Positions 9,036 to 18,200 are shown, numbered from the stretch's first letter. The stretch: DNA of 64,000 nucleotides from Chloroflexi bacterium RBG_16_56_11 (GCA_001796865.1 MGNQ01000051.1:65126-129125); one strand, 5' to 3'. A program made the numbers and translations. Notes: generated by a model from the letters alone, not told the origin.

Positions 9036-10081
9036 GAAAAGGCTGCCAGCCAGTCGCCTGGCACGGCGACCACGTCGTTATCATCGACCAGACGAGGCTG
9101 CCCGGCGAGGAGGTATACCTTAAGCTCGATGATTACCGGGAAGTGGCCGCTGCCATCCAGGAACTCAAAATCCGCGGGGCACCGGCCATCGGCATCGCCG
9201 GGGCGTATGCCGTCGCCCTGGGCGCCCGGAGAATCAAAACAGCGGAGCCGGGAAGATTCCGCAGGGAGCTACAGGATATTATCGATGCCATAGCCGCTAC
9301 GCGTCCTACGGCCCGTAACCTCTTCTTCGCCCTGGAACGTATGAAAAAGGCCGCCATGCCCGGGCACAGCCCCGCTGATATCAAGCAAGCCCTGGTCGAC
9401 GAGGCTGTCAGGATACACGAAGAAGAAGCCGACGCCACGCACCACCTGAGCCTGTTCGGCGCGGGACTAATCGGGGACGGATGGACGGTGCTGACCCACT
9501 GCAATACCGGGCCTCTGGCGACTTCTGGTTTTGGTACCGCCCTCGGCGTCATTATCGCCGCACGCGATCAGGGCAAACTGGTCAAAGTCCTGGCCACGGA
9601 GACCCGCCCGCTTTTGCAGGGGGCGCGGCTCACCACCTGGGAGTGCCGCCAGGCCAGTATTCCGGTAACGCTGATTACCGACTCCATGGCCGGTTATTTC
9701 ATGCGAAAGAGGGAAGTAAACGCCGTCATCACCGGGGCCGACCGCATCGCCGCCAACGGGGATACGGCCAACAAAATCGGGACGTATACACTGGCGGTGC
9801 TGGCGCGGGAAAACAGGATACTTTTCTACATCGCCGCCCCTACTTCCACCATCGACGGTTCGGTAAAGACGGGCGACGCCATCCCTATCGAGGAGCGCAA
9901 CCCCCGGGAGGTGACCTGCATCCAGGGCGTGCCTATCGCCCCCGAAGGGGTCGAAGCCGCCAATCCCGCCTTCGACGTTACCCCGCACCGGTACATCACC
10001 GCCATCATCACCGAGAAAGGCATCATCGGCAAGCCATTCCGCGAGGGAATTAAAAAACAGCTTGAAGGAGACGCACGATGA
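9032..10081 (+). CDS. mtnA: S-methyl-5-thioribose-1-phosphate isomerase
   Basis: 349 aa. VIIDQTRLPGEEVYLKL ... IRGAPAIGIAGAYAV ... ANKIGTY are typical of the eIF-2B/MtnA family. Confidence 0.88.
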   Translation: MRKGCQPVAWHGDHVVIIDQTRLPGEEVYLKLDDYREVAAAIQELKIRGAPAIGIAGAYAVALGARRIKTAEPGRFRRELQDIIDAIAATRPTARNLFFALERMKKAAMPGHSPADIKQALVDEAVRIHEEEADATHHLSLFGAGLIGDGWTVLTHCNTGPLATSGFGTALGVIIAARDQGKLVKVLATETRPLLQGARLTTWECRQASIPVTLITDSMAGYFMRKREVNAVITGADRIAANGDTANKIGTYTLAVLARENRILFYIAAPTSTIDGSVKTGDAIPIEERNPREVTCIQGVPIAPEGVEAANPAFDVTPHRYITAIITEKGIIGKPFREGIKKQLEGDAR

Positions 10082-10800
10082 ACGACCGGTCGCTGGAGTC
10101 CCGCCTCAAGACCCTCGAAGGCGATGTGAAGTCGCTCAGGAAACAGGTCGAAGACAGGGACCGCCAGCTGCAGACACTCCAGGACATCGAAGACATCAAG
10201 CGGCTGCAGTGCGCTTACGGTTACTACCTGGAGCACTGGATGGCCGAGGAAATCATCGACTGCTTTTCGAACCGCCCGGAGGTCTCCGCCACCTTCGTCG
10301 AGGGGACTTATACCGGGCCGGAGGGCATCCGCCGGTACTTCAAGCCGGGGAGAGTAGTGCCGCCGGAGTTCCTCCACATGGTGCTGCAGGTATCGCCGGT
10401 GATTACCGTTGCGCCGGACGGCGCCCGGGCCAGAGGGAGGTGGTACGGCTACGGCAACGTCCTCTCCCGCTATACCGTCCCCCTCGACCACGCTTACATG
10501 GCGGTCATCTACGAGATGGACTACATCAAGGAGGATGGAGTCTGGAAGATACTGATTTTCCGGCTACTGATGCACTACGCGTATACGTCCGGGAGGACGC
10601 CACAAGGACCGCCGGAGACCGGAGAGGGACGAGAGCGACCCACGCTCAGCCCGGACGTCTGGGCGGAGTACGATACGGAGTACCCCTCCGGCTATATCTA
10701 CCCCTTCCACTTCGTGCACCCGGTCACCGGCCAGCCGACCTCCGAGGCCAGGCGCAACGCCGGGCTAAAGCTCAAACCGAACAGATTCCGGCGCCGGTAG
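10078..10800 (+). CDS. SnoaL-like / NTF2-fold protein with N-terminal coiled coil
   Basis: 240 aa. A heptad-like N-terminus (LESRLKTLEGDVKSLRKQVEDRDRQLQTLQ) is followed by IKRLQCAYGYYLEHW, typical of the SnoaL_4/NTF2 superfamily. Confidence 0.55.
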   Translation: MNDRSLESRLKTLEGDVKSLRKQVEDRDRQLQTLQDIEDIKRLQCAYGYYLEHWMAEEIIDCFSNRPEVSATFVEGTYTGPEGIRRYFKPGRVVPPEFLHMVLQVSPVITVAPDGARARGRWYGYGNVLSRYTVPLDHAYMAVIYEMDYIKEDGVWKILIFRLLMHYAYTSGRTPQGPPETGEGRERPTLSPDVWAEYDTEYPSGYIYPFHFVHPVTGQPTSEARRNAGLKLKPNRFRRR

Positions 10801-10813
10801 AAAGGTCAAAATC

Positions 10814-11079
10814 CACCCCCTTTGTCCCTCTCCTTTACGAAAGGAGGGGGAATTTTTATGAGAGGGGTTGCACCAGTCTCGGAGCTATCCTATACTTTAG
10901 ATACGTTGGGAATAGACAAAATCCCCCTTTTTCCCCCTTTTCCAAAGGGGCATGTTAGTTTCTCCCTTTAGTAAAGGGAGATTAAGAGGGATTTTATCGG
11001 GGCGTCTAAGAGGGGCGACGCCCCTCTTCTCTATCCTTCCCCCTCTCCTTTGAAGGAGAAGGGGATTAAGGGGGTGAGG
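10814..11079. repeat. Cluster of family-B hairpin elements
   Basis: At least four short GC hairpins: ccctctcctttacgaaaggaggggg, tctccctttagtaaagggaga, ggggcgtctaagaggggcgacgcccc and ccctctcctttgaaggagaagggg. The motif ggggcgtctaagagggg recurs at about 36774. Confidence 0.8.
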
Positions 11080-11086
11080 TAGAATA

Positions 11087-11761
11087 ATGGATAAAAAACA
11101 TCTAATAATATCGCTTTGTATTCTCGTTATCGGTGGAATATTTGCTGTTGCAGTAGTGGTAACACCATTTTTTTTATATCCAAGTTCAGATGAATCAATA
11201 AATTGGGCGCGAGCTAGAACAACGCTTAGTGCGGTAACAATTCCGATAGTCATATTTGGTTTCTATTTCACAACGATTCAATTCCGTAAATCGTTAGCTA
11301 AACCTAGGATAAAAGTGGTTTTTAATGAAAAGGGCGAACAACAAGCAATTGTAGAGTATACTGACGAAAATAGGGGTGCCTTGCCACATCCTTTCATGAT
11401 AAACGAAGGAACTGCCGTAGCAAGATTCTTTCAAATAGTCGTGACAATACCAAAAAATATTGGGAATTATAGAGCAAGAGATTATTTAGCCGATGCCCGT
11501 TACGTTTCGCTTGATGATTTTGATACCGATAATTATGTTTTTACCTATACAAACGATGGAAGATACACATTGTTTGTTAAGAAACCCTATTCTGATCCTG
11601 TGTTCTCACTTGAATCGGTGTTAGATTATAAAAAATGTATCGAATTATTCAATACCGGTTTCACATTAAAATATGAAATTTACGGTGATTGGGGAGAACC
11701 ACAAAAGGGCGAACTTAAGGTAATTTTAAAAAAACAGGAGGCCCTCCATGCCCATACCTGA
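11087..11761 (+). CDS. Orphan membrane-anchored protein on an AT-rich islet
   Basis: 224 aa with two N-terminal hydrophobic helices; I recognise no family. Codon usage is clearly AT-rich compared with its neighbours. Its end overlaps the mtnP start by 14 nt. Confidence 0.55.
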   Translation: MDKKHLIISLCILVIGGIFAVAVVVTPFFLYPSSDESINWARARTTLSAVTIPIVIFGFYFTTIQFRKSLAKPRIKVVFNEKGEQQAIVEYTDENRGALPHPFMINEGTAVARFFQIVVTIPKNIGNYRARDYLADARYVSLDDFDTDNYVFTYTNDGRYTLFVKKPYSDPVFSLESVLDYKKCIELFNTGFTLKYEIYGDWGEPQKGELKVILKKQEALHAHT

Positions 11762-12623
11762 AGCCAGGCTTGCCGTCATCGGCGGGACGGGGCTATACGA
11801 TATCGAGGGGCTGACGGACGTTACCGAGGTCAGGCCGGAGACGCCGTTCGGCAGGCCTTCCGACATAATCGTGGTGGGGCGGCTGGGCGAGGTGGGCATC
11901 GCCTTTCTGCCCCGGCACGGCAAAGGCCACCGTATCTCCCCTACCGGGGTCCCCTCCCGCGCCAATATCTACGCCCTTAAAGCGCTCGGCGTGGAGTTCA
12001 TCATCTCGTCAAACTCGTGCGGCAGCTTCAAGGAGGAGCTTAAACCCGGGCACCTGCTCGTGCCGGACCAGGTCATCGACCGCACCCGGCAGCGCGCCAG
12101 CACCTTCTTCAGCGAGGGAATCGTCGCCCACATCCAGTTCGCCGACCCCTTCTGCCCGGTGCTGAGCCGCATCGTCTACGAGTCCGCCGTGGCGGCCGGG
12201 GCCACCGTTCACCGGGGCGGCACCTTCGTTGTCATGGAAGGGCCAGCCTTCTCCACCCGCGCCGAGTCGAGGCTGTACCGCTCCTGGGGCGCCGATGTCA
12301 TCGGCATGACGGTCCTGCCGGAAGCCAAGCTCGCCCGCGAGGCGGAAATCTGCTACGCGTCTATCGGCTGCATCACCGACTACGACTCCTGGCACGAGAC
12401 CAGGGAGACGGTCACCGTCGAGGCAATCCTGACAACCATGCGCAACAACATCGACCACGCCAGGAAGACCATACGGCTGGCGGCGGGGAAGATACCGGAA
12501 AAGCGAGATTGCGCCTGCGCCACCGCTTTAGGACCGGCCATCGTCACCGACCTTTCCCTGGCGCCCGCCGCGCAGAAGAAAAAGCTCGACCTGCTCATCG
12601 GAAAATATTTGAAGAAGGCATAA
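11748..12623 (+). CDS. mtnP: S-methyl-5'-thioadenosine phosphorylase
   Basis: 291 aa. VIGGTGLY ... GRPSD ... FLPRHGKGHRISP ... matches the PNP/MTAP family signature. Confidence 0.88.
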   Translation: MPIPEARLAVIGGTGLYDIEGLTDVTEVRPETPFGRPSDIIVVGRLGEVGIAFLPRHGKGHRISPTGVPSRANIYALKALGVEFIISSNSCGSFKEELKPGHLLVPDQVIDRTRQRASTFFSEGIVAHIQFADPFCPVLSRIVYESAVAAGATVHRGGTFVVMEGPAFSTRAESRLYRSWGADVIGMTVLPEAKLAREAEICYASIGCITDYDSWHETRETVTVEAILTTMRNNIDHARKTIRLAAGKIPEKRDCACATALGPAIVTDLSLAPAAQKKKLDLLIGKYLKKA

Positions 12624-12627
12624 CGCT

Positions 12628-13665
12628 ATGTCCATTATAGAGTTCAACTGCCTGCCGACCAACATCGGCAGCCTGCCCTACACCGACCCCGTCAAGGCGT
12701 GCTCGGTGGTCGCCCGGCACCTGAAAGACATCCCCGTCTGGCCCCAGCTGCCACGCCGGTCCTTCCTGGAAAACCTGTACGTCCAGGCCAGCGAGGGCTT
12801 CCCCGGCCTGGTCGTTGAAGTCGACCGCGTTTATGTCAACACGGCCGCAGATTTTCAGAAGCCGCTGGAGGAGCTTTATGCGGCATATCTGGAGAACGAC
12901 ATCGGGCGTTTCCCCATCGGCCGGGACCACGCCGCCGGGCTGTACGAGTTCCTGGGGAAGACGGACCTCACGCCGCGCGCCGTCAAGGGCCAGGTCATCG
13001 GGCCGCTCTCCTGGGGGCTGACCGTCACCGACGAAAACAGGCGCGCCATCCTCTACCACGAAATCCTCGGGGACGCCGTGCCTAAATTCCTCAAGCTCAA
13101 GGCCGCCTGGATGGAAAGGGAGCTTGCCCGCGTCTCGAAGAATACCATCATCTTCGTCGACGAGCCGATAATGGCCTCCTACGGGTCGATTGTCGCCACC
13201 GGCCCGTTCTCCAATCCTGAGAAAATCGCCGGAATGATCAACGAGGTCTTCGAGGGCATCCGGGGACTGAAGGGAACGCACTGCTGCGGCAACACCGACT
13301 GGTCGGTGCTGCTCAAGACGAACCTGGACATCCTCAACTTCGACGCTTACAGCTACGCGGAGTCGGTCAGCCTCTATCCCGAAGAAATCAAGCGGTTCCT
13401 GGCCCGCGGCGGCTGTATCGCCTGGGGCATCGTGCCCAACGACGCGGAGTCCATCGGCCGGGAGATGGTAGCCAGCCTGAAAGACCGCCTCGAAGAGGCC
13501 ATGGCCCCCTTTACCCGCCACGGCGTCCGCTTCCGGGATCTGGCGGCGCAGAGTCTCATCACGCCGCGCTGCGGCCTGGACGGCCTTACCGAAGACGGCG
13601 CTGAAAAGGTCCTGGAATTGCTGACCGGTCTTTCCGGGGAGATGAGGCGAAAATATGGACTGTAG
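12628..13665 (+). CDS. Core-MetE-like protein (cobalamin-independent methionine synthase catalytic-domain-only homologue)
   Basis: 345 aa. The GTHCCGN (His-x-Cys zinc ligands) and ITPRCGLDGL (compare PDCGLK) motifs resemble the MetE C-terminal domain, and the length fits N-terminally truncated core MetE proteins. Confidence 0.6.
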   Translation: MSIIEFNCLPTNIGSLPYTDPVKACSVVARHLKDIPVWPQLPRRSFLENLYVQASEGFPGLVVEVDRVYVNTAADFQKPLEELYAAYLENDIGRFPIGRDHAAGLYEFLGKTDLTPRAVKGQVIGPLSWGLTVTDENRRAILYHEILGDAVPKFLKLKAAWMERELARVSKNTIIFVDEPIMASYGSIVATGPFSNPEKIAGMINEVFEGIRGLKGTHCCGNTDWSVLLKTNLDILNFDAYSYAESVSLYPEEIKRFLARGGCIAWGIVPNDAESIGREMVASLKDRLEEAMAPFTRHGVRFRDLAAQSLITPRCGLDGLTEDGAEKVLELLTGLSGEMRRKYGL

Positions 13666-13850
13666 CATCACCACAAAAAAAGCCCGCTGCATCTGAACCT
13701 GTGAGCCCTGCCCGCGCGGGGGCAATGCTGCGAGTGTACCGCCTACCCCCTGGAAAACCACGGGCTACCTGTGTGCGCCTTCCTGCCGGAGGTGGAACGC
13801 ACGTACGACCGGTCGTTCCAGCGCTTCGCGGTGTGGGTGAAGGAGAAGTA

Positions 13851-14621
13851 GTGAAAAAAGCTGACTACAGTAAAATCGCGCCACTCTATGATAAAGGTCG
13901 TTCTCTATCGGAAGAAAACATCGACCTGTGGCTTAAGATAATTTCACGGTTATCCGGCGCCAGAGAAGGGGCCCGGCTGCTCGACCTCGGTTGCGGCACG
14001 GGAAGATTTGCCATCCCGCTAGCAACAAAACTGAATTACAGCGTCACTGGGGCGGATTCGTCAAAAGAAATGCTCGCCAAAGCCAGAGAAAAAGATGCCA
14101 ATAGGCTGGTGAAATGGGACATTGAGGACGCCCAGAGCTTGTCCTATCCCGATAAGTCTTTTGACCTGGTCTTTATGTCTTTCCTCCTGCAACATTGCGA
14201 AGACCCGGCCAGAGCCCTCCTCGGATGCCGGCGCGTTCTTAACGACCGGGGAGTAATTCTCATCCGGCATGCGGAAATCGAACAGATTCAAGATGATGTT
14301 GTGCATACGTTCTTTCCGGAAACGCTCGCTATCAATGTCGCCAGACCCGCTTCCGCCAAAAGAGTGGAGAGTTGGCTGAGTGAAGCCGGGTTCTCTCACA
14401 TCATATCAGAAGAGATAGCTCAGCAGACCTACACTACCGGAGCGGCGCGCCTGGAAGCAGTCTTGTTAAAAGGTGTTTCCACCCTGACCATGATACCGCA
14501 GGAAGCCTTCGAACGCGGCGTTAAAAAACTGAAGCAATATATTCATAAAAACCCGGATGACCCCTGGCTGCTATATGACAGAATTACCCTGACCGCCGGA
14601 TATAAATCTAAAACTGCCTAA
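13851..14621 (+). CDS. Class I SAM-dependent methyltransferase
   Basis: LLDLGCGTGRFAIPLA motif I. I prefer the GTG at 13851 (AAGGAGAAG RBS) to ORF-track 13701, because the extension is Arg/Pro-rich and non-protein-like. Confidence 0.8.
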   Translation: MKKADYSKIAPLYDKGRSLSEENIDLWLKIISRLSGAREGARLLDLGCGTGRFAIPLATKLNYSVTGADSSKEMLAKAREKDANRLVKWDIEDAQSLSYPDKSFDLVFMSFLLQHCEDPARALLGCRRVLNDRGVILIRHAEIEQIQDDVVHTFFPETLAINVARPASAKRVESWLSEAGFSHIISEEIAQQTYTTGAARLEAVLLKGVSTLTMIPQEAFERGVKKLKQYIHKNPDDPWLLYDRITLTAGYKSKTA

Positions 14622-14689
14622 TCCTTCCTTTAAATAGGTCCTTTAATCGGGACTGGCGGTAAATCCTGATTTGAGCTATAGTATTAACG

Positions 14690-14785
14690 ATGAACAAATC
14701 CAAACGAAACGCCTGGCACAAGCACCTGAAACGGGGCAAAAAGGTCAAAGAGCAGCGAAAAGCCCTGGCTAAAACAGTTAGATAA
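14690..14785 (+). CDS. Small Lys/Arg-rich protein (31 aa)
   Basis: Below the ORF-track cut-off. ATG 14690 ... TAA 14785 encodes MNKSKRNAWHKHLKRGKKVKEQRKALAKTVR. TATAGT lies 7 nt upstream of the ATG. Confidence 0.4.
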   Translation: MNKSKRNAWHKHLKRGKKVKEQRKALAKTVR

Positions 14786-14854
14786 AGCCCGGCAACCCGG
14801 CAACGGGTACGGACCGGGCGCGACCGGCGTCACGACCGATAGTTGGCGGCAGGC

Positions 14855-15424
14855 ATGAAGCCAGTTTATCTCCTGACCGGCAGGCCCGGGACCGGCAAGA
14901 CCAGCATCATCAAGCAGGTGGCAGCCGATCCCCGCATCAAGGCAGACGGGTTCTTCACCGAAGAAATAAGGGAGCGGGGAACCAGGGTGGGGTTCCGGCT
15001 GGTCACCCTAGACGGGCTGGAGACTGTCCTGGCACACGTCAATTTCAACAAGAGATACCACGTCGGCAAATACGGTGTGGACGTGGCCGCCCTGGAAGAG
15101 GTCGGCGTCCCCGCCCTCCTCACCCCTGCCCGGGACGGGCTCACCATCGTCGACGAAATAGGCAAAATGGAGCTCCTGTCCGCGGCTTTCCGGGAAGCCG
15201 TCAAACGAATAGTCGACGGCGGTAAAAAGGTCCTCGGAACGATAACATCCGACCCGCACCCCGACGCCGACGCCATCAAGCTGCATCCCAACGTGAAAGT
15301 GATTAATCTGACCCGGGAGTACTATCCACAGGTGGTGGTCGACCTCTACGGCTGGCTGGGGATAACACCCAACCCCGACCTGAGATTTACGTTATATAAT
15401 AAAAATGCCCGCATAGTGAGTTGA
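14855..15424 (+). CDS. THEP1-like nucleoside-triphosphatase
   Basis: Walker A GRPGTGKTS, then DGFFTEE.. and Walker B IVDEIGKMEL, typical of the NTPase_1/THEP1 family. Confidence 0.75.
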   Translation: MKPVYLLTGRPGTGKTSIIKQVAADPRIKADGFFTEEIRERGTRVGFRLVTLDGLETVLAHVNFNKRYHVGKYGVDVAALEEVGVPALLTPARDGLTIVDEIGKMELLSAAFREAVKRIVDGGKKVLGTITSDPHPDADAIKLHPNVKVINLTREYYPQVVVDLYGWLGITPNPDLRFTLYNKNARIVS

Positions 15425-15447
15425 ATAGTATTGGTGGAGATAATTTC

Positions 15448-16461
15448 ATGCCCGAGCTTCCTGAATTAATGCAGGCCCTTCTCGACCCGCAGGCCTATCC
15501 GGAACCGCCGGAGCGGGTGGAGATGGTGCAGACCCAGATATCCTACGTATTCTTCGCCGGCGACCGCGTTTATAAAATTAAAAAGCCGGTAGACATGGGC
15601 TTTCTCGATTACACCACGCTGGAGAAACGCCTGCATTTCTCCCGGAAAGAGGTCGAGTTAAACCGGCGGCTCTGCGCCGACGCGTACCTGGGCGTAGTGC
15701 CGGTCACCGACGACCGCGGCCGCATAAGCATCGGCGGCGACGGCAATATAGTCGAGTACGCGGTGAAAATGGTCCGCCTGCCCCGCGAGGCCATGATGGA
15801 CGTCCTGCTGGCACAAAACCGGGTGACGCCCGAGATGGTACGGAGCGTGGCGGAGAGGCTGGTGGAGTTCCACCGGAGCGCGGAGACCGGGGAGGAAATC
15901 AACACCTTCGGCAGCATCGAGATGGTCACCAAGACGACGCTGGAGGAAAACTTCGGCCAGACAGAAAAGTACGCCGGCAAAATTGTCCCGGCGGCGCAGT
16001 ACCGGCGCCTTCGGGGTTACACCGAGCGGTTCCTGCGGGAAAATACGGCGGTTTTCGAGCGGCGGGTGAAGGACGGCCGGATACGGGACTGCCACGGCGA
16101 CCTCCACGCCGACCATGTCTGTTTTTGGAAGGGCATCTGCATCTACGACTGCATCGAGTTCACCGACCGGCTGAGGTACATCGACGTGGCCGCCGAGGTC
16201 GCTTTCCTGGCGATGGACCTCGACCACTACGGGCGGCGCGACCTTTCGGGGACGTTCATCAGGGCGTATATTGAAAAAAGCGGCGACCAAGAGCTGATGA
16301 AGCTGCTCGACTTTTATAAAAGCTACCGGGCCTACGTGCGGGGCAAGATTGGCTGTTTCCAGTACGACGACCCGTACATACCCGCGGCGGAGAAAGAAAA
16401 AATCCTGGCCAACGCCCGCAGCTACTTCGACCTGGCGGAATCTTGTACCAGGACCGGCTGA
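15448..16461 (+). CDS. APH-like phosphotransferase (kinase) domain protein
   Basis: VYKIKKP ... CHGDLHADHVCF (HGDLHxxN-type catalytic loop). It resembles the N-terminal half of bifunctional aminoglycoside phosphotransferase/ATP-binding proteins. Confidence 0.65.
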   Translation: MPELPELMQALLDPQAYPEPPERVEMVQTQISYVFFAGDRVYKIKKPVDMGFLDYTTLEKRLHFSRKEVELNRRLCADAYLGVVPVTDDRGRISIGGDGNIVEYAVKMVRLPREAMMDVLLAQNRVTPEMVRSVAERLVEFHRSAETGEEINTFGSIEMVTKTTLEENFGQTEKYAGKIVPAAQYRRLRGYTERFLRENTAVFERRVKDGRIRDCHGDLHADHVCFWKGICIYDCIEFTDRLRYIDVAAEVAFLAMDLDHYGRRDLSGTFIRAYIEKSGDQELMKLLDFYKSYRAYVRGKIGCFQYDDPYIPAAEKEKILANARSYFDLAESCTRTG

Positions 16462-16462
16462 A

Positions 16463-16987
16463 ATGAAAAAGCTCATCATCATAATATTCATCTTCGTAGT
16501 GACATTGAACGGGGCATCCGGTTGCACACAGCCCACAACTCCGCAGCCCCCCGCCACAACGCCAGCCGATTTCAACCTGATTTTCAAATACGGGATTACC
16601 GCCAGGAACACGCTGGACACGTTCCAGGGCATGTATACCAAGGACATGATACTCGACCCGGCGATTACCGTGGAGTTGAGTTTAACACAGGAAGAGATGG
16701 ATAAAATCTACCAGAAAATGCGGGAAATCGATTTTTTCAGCTACCCCGTCAAGTTCGCGGTCGGCGCGGGCCCGGGTGAGCCGGTCAGCGAGGTAACACC
16801 CTACTCCACCTATTTTTTCAAGGTCACCTACGACGGCCACACCAGAGAGCTGCTGTGGGATGATAAAATCATCAAAAAGGATGAAAAGGCGGACAGACTA
16901 AGGGAGCTTATCGAGTTTATCCGGGGCATGGTCGAGGCGAGGGAGGAATATAAAAAGCTGCCGGAGCCGAGGGGCGGGTATCTGTAG
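16463..16987 (+). CDS. Lipoprotein, unknown function
   Basis: MKKLIIIIFIFVVTLNGASGC is a signal peptide with a lipobox (L-N-G-A-S-G-C). The ORF-track start at 16349 lies inside the upstream gene. Confidence 0.6.
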   Translation: MKKLIIIIFIFVVTLNGASGCTQPTTPQPPATTPADFNLIFKYGITARNTLDTFQGMYTKDMILDPAITVELSLTQEEMDKIYQKMREIDFFSYPVKFAVGAGPGEPVSEVTPYSTYFFKVTYDGHTRELLWDDKIIKKDEKADRLRELIEFIRGMVEAREEYKKLPEPRGGYL

Positions 16988-17086
16988 TTGATAAGGCAAA
17001 TATCAATAGTAAAAGGCCAAACACGCAGATAAAAGCTTAAAACTGATAAATTATTGCCGAACCGGCAGGATAGATTTTTTAAATCC

Positions 17087-17569
17087 ATGAAATTTTTTCA
17101 AATCAGGCCAATAAATACAGACGACAAAGACTGGATAGTTGGTCTTTTACAGGAGTGGTGGGCCGGCCCGAGAATAGTCACCCGCGGTAAAGTGTACCGG
17201 GCCGATGAGCTTCCGGGGTTTATAGCTATACAAAAAAACAAACCCGCGGGGCTGATAACCTACCGAGTAAATAGCAATGAGTGCGAGATCGTGACCATGA
17301 ACAGCCTCGTGGAAAGAACCGGCATCGGCTCGGCCCTGATTGACGCGGTGAAAAAGGCCGCTGGTGCGGCGGGTTGCCGGCGACTGTGGCTGATAACGAC
17401 GAACGATAATACGGCGGCGTTGCACTTTTACCAGAAGCATGGTTTCCGGCTCGTGGCGGTGCACCGGGACGCCATCGGGCAATCGCGCCGCCTCAAGCCG
17501 GAAATCCCGCTGACCGGCAACGACGGGATACCCATCAGGGACGAGATAGAGATGGAGTTGATATTATAG
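17087..17569 (+). CDS. GNAT family N-acetyltransferase
   Basis: 160 aa from ATG 17087. ERTGIGSALIDAV acetyl-CoA loop and FYQKHGF. Confidence 0.75.
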   Translation: MKFFQIRPINTDDKDWIVGLLQEWWAGPRIVTRGKVYRADELPGFIAIQKNKPAGLITYRVNSNECEIVTMNSLVERTGIGSALIDAVKKAAGAAGCRRLWLITTNDNTAALHFYQKHGFRLVAVHRDAIGQSRRLKPEIPLTGNDGIPIRDEIEMELIL

Positions 17570-17588
17570 GCAATACGGGGAGGCATCC

Positions 17589-18197
17589 ATGAGAGAACCA
17601 TTCGCCAAGTTCATAAAGTCGCAGATGAAGCCCGGGTTCCTGCTCATCGCCTGCGGGCTGCCCGGCACCTGGAAAACGGAGACGACGGAGGAAGTGGCTA
17701 AAATCAAGGGCTGCAAGCTCCTCCGGTCCGACCTCATCCGGCTGGAGGTGCTGAAAAACGAAGACGTTTTCGACGCGAAGGTAGCCGGCGACATGAAGAA
17801 ACGGACACAGGTTTACGACGTCATGTTCGAGCAGGCGGACGAGGCCATGAAAAGCGGCAACTGCGTCATCCTGGACGCCACCTTCGTCACGCAGGCGTTG
17901 CGCCAACGGGCGGCGGCCATCGCCGCTAAACACGGCAAGACCTTCGTCATCCTCCAGACCGACTGCCCGCAGGAGGTCTCCATCCGGCGGATACTGGCGC
18001 GCGATAAAGAGAACTACGTCTCCAACGCCCTGACCGAAGAAGCGTACCTCAACAACAAGAAGAAGTTCGAGCCGGTGGACCTGGCCGACCTGAAAAAAAA
18101 GAGCCCCGGTCTCAAGGTCGTCCACCTGGTCGTGGATACCTCGCAGGACCCGCCGGCAAAGTGGTATATCACGAGTGAGAAAGGCAATAAACTGTAG
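17589..18197 (+). CDS. AAA_33-type P-loop kinase
   Basis: P-loop GLPGTWKTE and ILDATF Walker B-like motif. It resembles the C-terminal half of bifunctional APH/ATP-binding proteins. Confidence 0.65.
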   Translation: MREPFAKFIKSQMKPGFLLIACGLPGTWKTETTEEVAKIKGCKLLRSDLIRLEVLKNEDVFDAKVAGDMKKRTQVYDVMFEQADEAMKSGNCVILDATFVTQALRQRAAAIAAKHGKTFVILQTDCPQEVSIRRILARDKENYVSNALTEEAYLNNKKKFEPVDLADLKKKSPGLKVVHLVVDTSQDPPAKWYITSEKGNKL

Positions 18198-18200
18198 ACT

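Noticed and set aside
13666-13850. A 185-bp GC-rich gap before the methyltransferase gene. I considered a riboswitch, an N-terminal extension of the methyltransferase (ORF track start 13701), a Cys-rich small ORF (..QCCECTAYPLENHGLPVCAFLPEVERTYDRSFQRFAVWVKEK) and TGA read-through or selenocysteine.
   Set aside because: I could not recognise a conserved riboswitch core by eye. The extension is Arg/Pro-rich and precedes a good RBS+GTG at 13851. The Cys-rich frame has no start codon after its upstream TGA, and I could identify no SECIS-like context. The question stays open only for a covariance-model scan (Rfam/Infernal).
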